A stretch of 63,547 nt of DNA, counting the filler, from Olpidium bornovanus S191 (lineage: Eukaryota; Fungi; Olpidiomycota), in assembly GCA_017911155.1 (NCBI GenBank). It is 29 parts of 29 records of this genome, joined end to end, with 100 filler letters (N's around TTAATTAATTAA, not from the genome) between each part and the next. Parts side by side here need not be neighbours in the genome. Positions count along the whole stretch, not along the records: positions 55,305 to 57,907 come from JAEFCI010000348.1; positions 58,008 to 59,516 come from JAEFCI010005007.1; positions 59,617 to 61,125 come from JAEFCI010010667.1; positions 61,226 to 62,409 come from JAEFCI010000316.1; positions 62,510 to 63,547 come from JAEFCI010007370.1; 24 more parts are not named here. One strand, written 5' to 3'. Below the pieces are notes generated by a model. That model was not told the origin of the DNA and made no database searches. It saw nothing but the letters and a program-made list of their open reading frames with translations. Positions 55,624 through 63,547 of this stretch are shown in pieces. A program made the translations under genes and the position numbers. Every line of letters starts with the position of its first letter. The stretch's first letter is position 1.

Positions 55624-57360
55624 AAACGGTTTTGCTCCGCCCGTTATTACAAAAACGCGGACCACGAGCATCTCGCGCTTTTCTCGTCGCAAATGCAACT
55701 GCAACCCTGGCCCTGTCGTAATCTTGATCACCGGTTTGTGCTCGGATGCTCGCAGAGGTGGCAGGAAATCCCACGTTCACCCCGTACGTCACTGCAAAAA
55801 CCAGCGTCGCGTACGCGACTGAACAGTCGCACAAGCATCGTAATTATTTAAGAACCTTCGCGAGCGGGGAGCGAGGCCTCGCGTTCGAACTACACGTAGA
55901 TACCGACGGCGTTGAACAGGAAAACAAAGCCCCAGCCCAGGGTCAGCGACGCCGGTATGGCGAGGAGGAGATCGCGCAGCGCATCTCGCCTTAAGCTGTC
56001 GCCGTTTGCCGGTGAGGGAGGGGAGCGGGGAGAGGATTGAAGGGGCGCGTTGAACGTTTGGCGGTTTTCAAGAGAAAAGTTTCGCCGGCCCTCCGCTCGC
56101 CGGTGGACTTACACGGAGAAGTTCGCGAAGAGCAGGCAGCCGACGGAGAGCAGCGCGATCGCCAGGTCGGCAAACCAAGCCTGCGGGACGGGCGAGTGCG
56201 CTCCCGGTGCGGTCAGCCAGGGGTCCTGCCCTCGGCGTTTCAGGGAGCAAAAGGAGACGGCGTAAGTAGGCAGGCGTACAAGCTCATGGGCGCGGACGAC
56301 CAGGCCCGGCGCTCTGGCGGGCGGAGCCGCGCCGTCGCTCTTCCCCGCGGCTCGTACCATTTTCCGGAGGACCGCGGGCGGAGGGAGCGGGTGCGGGGGG
56401 CGGCGGGCGGTTTTTTTTTTTTCAGATAAAGGGGGGGGGAGGGGGGTTCCGCAGCACCTTGCGGGGGATCTCAACGGGGCCGAACTAGATGATTACCAGA
56501 TAGTCGATTTAACATTTGCGCCGGGAGCGAAGGACGCTGAGTCGAGGAAACCAAAGTTTTGAGCGGGAAGAGGAGCCAGGCCACGGCGGGTTGGTCTCTG
56601 CGCCAAGCAATTCCGAGCGGTTCGGGTTTCACAAACCCGAAATCTGCCGCGGCCCCCGCAGCGCGCCGAGCTGAAATCGCCGGTTCTGCCGGTCTGCGTC
56701 GGCGCCCAATGGCTGGAGTATCCGCCAGCGCGGAGCGCAGTCCTCAACAGGCAAGGGCGCGGCCGTTTTTGACGCTCGTGCAAGGGCCGCAGCGCGGAGG
56801 TATCGGCTGAAATGTGCCCGACTGCATTGTGGCCTTGGTGCTACACAGCAGGGGCCCGTCATGTCCGGCGGCTTTCCGCTACGCGCTTTTTTGGAGGACG
56901 ACGACGACCGTATCGGGGCCCGTTTCTTTCCAGAGGACGAAGAGCAGCCGATAATCCAGGAAGACGGCCACGCGGCCGTCAGCGAGGCGATATCCCGGAT
57001 CGGAATGGGTTCGTGAAAGTTGCGTGGGCTGCCTTGTTCGGAGCAACCTCCATGTCAAAGTGCCGGACCGCGCTCCAACTCTGACGGTTCTCCGGGTTTC
57101 GCGTAGGCAGGTACCAATGGGTGCTGTTCGCTCTTTGTGGCACTGGCTGGCTGGCCGATAACATGTGGTGCGTGTAAGTTGCGGTATATGTTGCCCGAAT
57201 ATATCTCGACAAGGTCGATCGGGCGTTACAACGACCGTGAAAGCCAATTCCGTGAGCCGGGTTTCGCTGCTTATCTCAGGCCGCAGTCACTATTGTTGCT
57301 GATTTTTAACTGTTGCAGTTGTTGGCACCCGTTCGTGTTCGTCTTTACGTTTCTTTCGCA

Positions 57361-57907
57361 GGATACAAGCAATTGCCGTTGCAATGCCCCAGGTGTTTGC
57401 TGCTGTCGCCGTCCACAGGCAGCCCTGTGCCGCGGTTCACAAGCTGATGCTGCGTTCCCCGTTTCCTGCTCCGGTCGCTGCGTTGTGGTTCGCGACAGCT
57501 TCAAATCGAATTCGGAGTTGCGGACGATCACATAGGGTTCGGCCTATCTTCAACTTTTCTTGGCATGCTTGTCGGGGCACTTGGCTGGGGAGTAACGTCG
57601 GACATGTGGGGACGAAAACTTGCTTTCAACATGACGCTGTTGATTACTGCGGTGTTTGGCGCGCTGGCGGCATTCGCGCCAAATTTCTCAATTTTCTGCT
57701 TGTTCATGATGTGCTTGGGCATGGGCGTAGGTGGAAATTTACCCGTTGATGGTAAGTAAACGTCTTTACCGTTTGGCTGTTACAATACGAAGATATTACC
57801 CGTTAAATTTTCCCCAACTAGGAACACTTTTCCTTGAGTTTGTTCCGAAACAGAACCAGAAACTGCTTACGCTGCTCTCAGTTTTCTGGCCATGTGGTCA
57901 ACTCGTC
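57361..57907 (+). CDS. MFS transporter (SV2/sugar-porter-like), 5-prime part, spliced
   Basis: GMLVGALGWGVTSDMWGRKLAFN (MFS motif A), GMGVGGNLPVDG / LFLEFVP..LLTLLSVFWPCGQL. Confidence 0.88.
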
Positions 57908-58007
57908 NNNNNNNNNNNNNNNNNNNNNNNNNNNNNNNNNNNNNNNNNNNNTTAATTAATTAANNNNNNNNNNNNNNNNNNNNNNNNNNNNNNNNNNNNN
58001 NNNNNNN

Positions 58008-58990
58008 CATGCGCGGAAGGAGCTGGCGGGGTGCCTAGCCGGATGATGGGTGTCGTCCGTTGGAAGCGAGTTCCAATTGAAGCACCGGTCGCTTGAGTAA
58101 CAGCCCGCAGGCGGACGTGAGCCAGGGCAAAGAGATGATGCGGCCAGATGGTGGTGTGCCCGTCGAATCAAAGGCACAGGGTCTATCTGAAGTCCCGTTC
58201 GACGGAAGCTCCCCCGCCAGGCCTCACGGAGAGGCTAATGGAACAGCGACGGGAGATTTTCGGGAAGCCGCCCCTTGATTTCAGACCAGGGGCAGGTGGC
58301 CGAGAATGGTCCGGGCGAGGACGAAGAGGAAGAGGAGTACGGGTGGGCGAGGTTTGCCGCGGGGACTGTCGACAGGAGCGTCGATGCCCCTGAGGGGAGA
58401 CAGGAAACGGGTGGGTCGGCCGTGTGGACGCACACAATGTACAAGACGGTCGACAAGAAGATGCGACCGGTTGCGGCCGAACTGCTCCGCGACGCCGGAG
58501 AGCGGATTGAGCGTGCAATGCTTTCGCGGAGCTGTCGTTACCTTGTTCTCTGCTCTGCCGCACCGTTTATCGATTTCGCGGCTCGAAATTGTTTACGTGG
58601 GCCGTTGCACGTTCGCAACGGTTCCTGGCAGATCTAGGGGTCTAACACGATTTTTCTCCTTCGTCTTGAACTGATCCCGGATTATTTGCCGACTGCAACT
58701 TGCACTCGATTGACGCTCGACCGTACTGGCGCCACTCTTTGATCCCGTCTCGTTGATGTCGCTGCAGGCCATCCGGATCTGTTGACGTCGGTTAACGATC
58801 TGCCCCCGCATGCCCCGCAAGCGGATCAATTATTCATTCACAAGGATTCGTGGCTCACGGTTCCGGGCGGCGACCCAAATTTTCTTCGCCTTGCGTCGAC
58901 CCGTGTGTCACTCCCGTTCCTACCCTGACGCTCCTCGATAGGGGCAGTACGCAGACGTTGATCGACTACGATTACTTCCACCACACCTTC
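58008..58990 (+). pseudogene. Degenerate retrotransposon protease/pol fragments
   Basis: YKTVDKKMRPV..LRDAGERIERA (same family as the 34-35 kb and 54-55 kb copies); separate aspartic-protease-like TLLDRGSTQTLI at about 58925-58965. Confidence 0.6.
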
Positions 58991-60895
58991 CCTCGACGAC
59001 GCCTTGACCTGTCCTGCGCTCGTGTTCGCGCCTACGTTGTTAAGAAAAGTTTTTCGATCTCTATCACCCTCGCCGGCATGTCGTGGGTTTAACGTTTCAA
59101 CGTTCTTCAAAACCATCTTCGTCTGCTCGTGGTTGGTCTTGTTACGCTGACTGCTCGACGCATTGCCCTTGTCCCCGCCAGCTAAAAGCCAATTACGAAT
59201 ACGACAACCCACCCGCACGGCTCACGTATTCGCGACATTCCCACGGCGGAATTCGACAGTGAACCGATCTCGCATGTGCCGCCTTCTCGAACGCTTCGTC
59301 TCGCGCACGATGTTTCGATTCCGGCAGCTCTGGTCAGAGGTAAGGCGGGAGCTTGGTGCCGCAGAGAATACTGCATGTACGATCTTCGATTGTCCCATGA
59401 AGGCGTTGAGCGATGCCGTTCTGTGCTAGGCAATTACGGATGGTAGTGGCCATCCGAATACCCTCTCATCGAAAAAAATTGGCGTATAGTTGATTGTCGA
59501 ACTCGCTGCCACCGTCNNNNNNNNNNNNNNNNNNNNNNNNNNNNNNNNNNNNNNNNNNNNTTAATTAATTAANNNNNNNNNNNNNNNNNNNNNNNNNNNN
59601 NNNNNNNNNNNNNNNNGCCATGGTTCAAAAGGGCTCCAACCGGAGTTGAACAGCGAATGTTTTGGCTCCCCTGTACCGTGGCGCGAATTTTTTTTTTTTG
59701 GCGTACTTCAACGGCTGTTTTATCCCTGGCTGTTTCAAGGGATCTTTTGTTTGGGAGACAGTACTGCAGGTAACCCCCAGCGGTAAATCTTTTTTATTTT
59801 TGCACGGCAGTTCCGTCCGGCAGGTTCAGCCTGTATTATCTGATACGGTTGGGAAGTCGGGTACGGATTGCACATCCGATGGCCCACCTCGGTGGGATGC
59901 GTGGTGTAACTCTCGCGTGCGAACCGCACATCAGAAATAAGAGAATTGACGGTGCACGCGCGAGTTGAAAAAGCCATCGTTGTTCTGATCCTTGTTTGAA
60001 GCTCCCCTGGGAGAAAATCTGGAACCTGGGGGCGCGGGGTGGGGGGGGGGGTTCGACAACAACGAAGTGTTCGGAAAATAACTCGAGCAGTTTCTGGTGC
60101 CAAAACACCGTGGCAATTGGGATCCACCAGGGTTATCGCCAGCTCTGGAAGTAACAAGTGACGTTTTTCAAGGCCTGCTTGGTTGACGTCAATAACCGGC
60201 TGTAATTCGCCCCTGGAATTTCAGCTCAGCCAATAAGTTGTTTGATTTTTTACCTTTGGAGTCGCGGTGGTCAACAACCCGTGTCCTGCGAGGGCTTCCG
60301 GATTTGACACAACGCGTTGCCTTTAGGGAAGGAGGAAGGGGGCACGGCATTACGGACCGTCGACTCCGCTTGCGGGGCGGGGCTTGGCCGGCCCGCACAG
60401 CACGCGGGGGGCTCGGCGTCGGCGCGCCTCTTTCCTCGTGCCTCCTGCCTCCGGTGCGAAGGTGCGCGGGCGGGCGGGATTGCGGTGGCGCGGCTGCTTG
60501 GCAACTAGGGGCGTTCCCGAATCCGGCAAAGTAAATAAAAAACAACGCCAGAATAATTTGAGTGGCGGGCAACCTCGCAGAAAGAGAGAGGAGGGGAAAG
60601 AAACCTTTTTTGCGGAGTGAAAGGAAAAAAATTTCGCGTGAGGAATTTTCCTGCCAACAATTGTCCCCTTCCTCCCTTCCCTTACTGCCTCCCGGTCCTC
60701 TCTTCCCCCCCGCCGACCGAGTTCAAAAGGGAGACACACCCGCCGCCGCGGCGCCACTCGGCTCTCCGCGTCGCACTGTCCCGTCCGTCGGCTCCCCCGC
60801 GCGCTTCCCACCCCACGCCGCCGCCCGCAGCACTCGACTTCCGGCGTTCCGCAAAACCGGACATCCCCCGCAGCCAAAGAGCCCCGGCCGCCGCG

Positions 60896-61058
60896 ATGGC
60901 GGTCCAACGAGCGAGCGTCGTGAGGTTGATGAACCTCGTCTCTTCGCACACGTCGTGCCCGTGCCACTCCACCGCAACTCCCGCTGCCCGCGTCGGATGG
61001 CCAGCAGCGAAGGGGAAGTCGGCCCAGGCGTCCACAGCCGTAAAGGACGTTGACTACG
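60896..61058 (+). CDS. ADHFE1: Mitochondrial hydroxyacid-oxoacid transhydrogenase, first exon
   Basis: MAVQRASVVRLM..SCPCHS..KDVDY then a GT donor; the CPCHS..DY(AFEM) pattern is typical of fungal HOT N-termini. Confidence 0.7.
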
Positions 61059-61318
61059 GTGTGTTTCGGATGGGCTTCTTTTACCGGGCAGGCGCGCAAA
61101 AAAAAAAAAAAAAAAAAAAACCCCCNNNNNNNNNNNNNNNNNNNNNNNNNNNNNNNNNNNNNNNNNNNNTTAATTAATTAANNNNNNNNNNNNNNNNNNN
61201 NNNNNNNNNNNNNNNNNNNNNNNNNGAAAGAAACTCCTGTAGATCCTAACCTAACGGTGTGGGAATAAGGTGGTTTCCACCGTTTACGGTGCACGACACT
61301 TAAAGCCAACTACCCCCC

Positions 61319-61363
<45 letters not shown>

Positions 61364-61474
61364 GTGCGTCGTTGCGCAGTGGGAATAAAAAAAGGGAGAG
61401 AAGGGATTAAACAAATTAAAAAGGGGGGGGGGGGTTAGTCCGTCCCCGTCCGTCCGTCGTCAAAAAGTGACAAG

Positions 61475-61510
<36 letters not shown>

Positions 61511-61855
61511 CTTTTTACAGTCGACTCAAAAAGCCCTTATTCCCCCCCCCCCCCGACGAACACAGCGAACTCCCCTCATTTTTCGCGCAACGGCAAAGGC
61601 GCGCGGAAACCGGAGCAGAGAACCAGGCGCCGGACACGTGGCGTCTCCTCGACCGTCGGCCGGGCTGTTCCGCCCGCCGAAGCGGTCAAAACAACCGGTG
61701 GTTTTTTGTTTCGTCTGCGGCAAACGCAAGCCGACCGCAGCGGGTTCGATTCCCCACATGCCGCTGCCATCCGCGCCTGTCCAATGAGCTCGCAGAAGAC
61801 TACATGTAGGAAGTTCGATCTGATGGGCCCTGTCGCCCGGACCGTGGCCCCAGAG

Positions 61856-61961
61856 GAGCTTTGGTCAGAACGACCCCGAGGAGCTTTGGTCAGAACGACC
61901 CCGATGAGCTTTGGTCAGAACGACCCCGATGAGCTTTGGTCAGAACGACCCCGATGAGCTT
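61856..61961. repeat. 25-bp tandem minisatellite, 4.2 copies
   Basis: GAGCTTTGGTCAGAACGACCCCGA(G/T) head-to-tail with no spacers; each unit contains GGTC-N5-GACC. Confidence 0.92.
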
Positions 61962-62509
61962 GCAGTCCAGGAAAAGTCTCGCTCCAGAACGTCAGTTCGG
62001 TGCGCCGTCCGACGCGTCCCGGGCGCAACCCAGTCGACGGTTCTTCCCCGCGAGGTCCGCTCCGGGGACGTCAACCATCTAGTACATATGCGCCGCACGT
62101 GAACATTTACGCAATTCCGATTCCGTATTCACTGCCGGTTGTTGAAGTGTGGGAAAAGGCCCGGGCAAGTCTGAAACATTTTGCCGCCGGGAGGCGTTCT
62201 GTGGAACACGAGAACGGTACACTCATCGTGCTTTTGGAGCAGGACAATGTCTGCCTTGAGCCACCGCCACAGGCCCCGCACAAAAATCCATGCCACAAAT
62301 ACGTCCAACTGACACAACATACAACCAACAGGCATTTGGTTTCGGCCGACCAGAAACACTATTAGCCGCAGGGTTCCACCCAACGGGGGTTACAGCGAAA
62401 GAGCACTTCNNNNNNNNNNNNNNNNNNNNNNNNNNNNNNNNNNNNNNNNNNNNTTAATTAATTAANNNNNNNNNNNNNNNNNNNNNNNNNNNNNNNNNNN
62501 NNNNNNNNN

Positions 62510-62644
62510 GACGCTACCGTCAGGTGCGTGGCATGCGATGGCGACTACTACTGCGCCTCGTGTTTCAAGGAAGGTCATGGTCCTCGGGCCGCCGATTACG
62601 AGATGACGTTCCACAAGGCTACGCCCCTCTTACTGAAAGCTTAG
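62510..62644 (+). CDS. B-box-like zinc finger C-terminus (ZFYVE19/ANCHR-like)
   Basis: DATVRCVACDGDYYCASCFKEGH...FHKA*: CxxC..DxYCxxCFxEGH pattern. Confidence 0.7.
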   Translation, partial: DATVRCVACDGDYYCASCFKEGHGPRAADYEMTFHKATPLLLKA

Positions 62645-63410
62645 AGAGCGGGGGAAGCCCCGGACGGACTCACCTGTCATGATTCAGCTTACGTCCAATT
62701 TAACCTCCGCATATGTCCATAGCGCCTATTCAATCCTTGTATCGTTATTGCACATAGACATTCCTACACGCGATCGCGTTGAAGAGCGGGCGACGGATAT
62801 CCCGGGACAGCGTAACTTTTGGCGTTACACTACGATGGCTGTCGCCGTGAGCTTTTTTTATTTTATTCCAACAGTAATAAATTGGCCGCTTTGTGAGCCG
62901 CAGGACATTGGCTGTGATGACCCACGATGACGCACTCCCCCTCCCCCCCTACCCCATTCCCGGCCACTATCGGCTGTTCGGCCGGGGTTTACAGGGAACT
63001 GTCGCGCAAGCCGCTGCTCACATACGACCCTCCCCGCTGAGGGCGTACATTCCGAGCAAGCGTTTGCGGCCCGCGCGTGGCGTTTTCCCTCTGTATTGGG
63101 TTTCACGCAAGACAGTCTACAGGGCGCTGCTTTGCAAGGCGAGAGAGCGTTGCGATGAATTGGATGATTTAGGAGGCGGGTTCACGGGTGCTTCCCGTCT
63201 GCCAGACACGCACGGGCAGACACGTGCCACTAGTGCATGCAGCGCGGCAATTGGCCGCCGCAGCAAAATCCCGCCCGCCTCCGCCTCTCCGCGCCCGCTT
63301 CCGTCCGCTCTGCTCCCTTTTTCCCCCTGGCTCCCGTTGCCGGCAAGGCCCTCCCTGGCCGCGCGCTCTCCGGTTCCCGGACAAACGGAGAACGAGCCGC
63401 GCCGCGCGGG

Positions 63411-63441
<31 letters not shown>

Positions 63442-63547
63442 CCCCCCTCCCCCCCCCCCCCCCCCCCCGGCCAAAACGGGGGGGGGGGCGAAAGGGGGGA
63501 AGGGGGGTCTTCTTTTTTTTTTTTTTTTTTTTTGGGTTTTTACAAAA

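Noticed and set aside
61856-61961. Possible CRISPR array
   Set aside because: Units are contiguous with no unique spacers, and there are no cas genes.

Overview
This window is not contiguous DNA. It is 29 short contigs (about 1.0-3.7 kb) joined by 28 artificial 100-nt linkers (44 N + TTAATTAATTAA + 44 N). Most contigs come from a GC-rich, intron-containing eukaryote with fungal-type genes (DAP1, LAG1/LAC1, SEC7, SET3/4-like, HGH1, Aurora kinase, class-3 lipase, RPT4, UTP21, NFS1, UBP12-like, PRP31, ADHFE1, tRNA-Lys). It also has the axonemal gene CFAP43, which points to a flagellated (zoosporic) fungus; this is an inference. Several contigs hold degenerate LTR-retrotransposon fragments. One contig (24399-27621) is different: an intron-free, tightly packed prokaryotic operon that looks like a partial genome of a novel filamentous ssDNA phage (inovirus-like). 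On the minus strand it encodes an HUH rolling-circle Rep, a putative ssDNA-binding protein, two orphan genes, a 43-aa membrane protein, a 48-aa leaderless major-coat-like protein, a terminator hairpin, a 32-aa membrane protein and a signal-peptide, Gly/Ser-rich pIII-like protein. Upstream is a hairpin-rich intergenic region whose long stem pairs fully only on the coding strand. The second notable structure is a 115-bp LTR with a half-tRNA-iMet primer site inserted into an older Gypsy pol and followed by a Gypsy-type gag. All assignments come from reading motifs by eye; no database searches were run.
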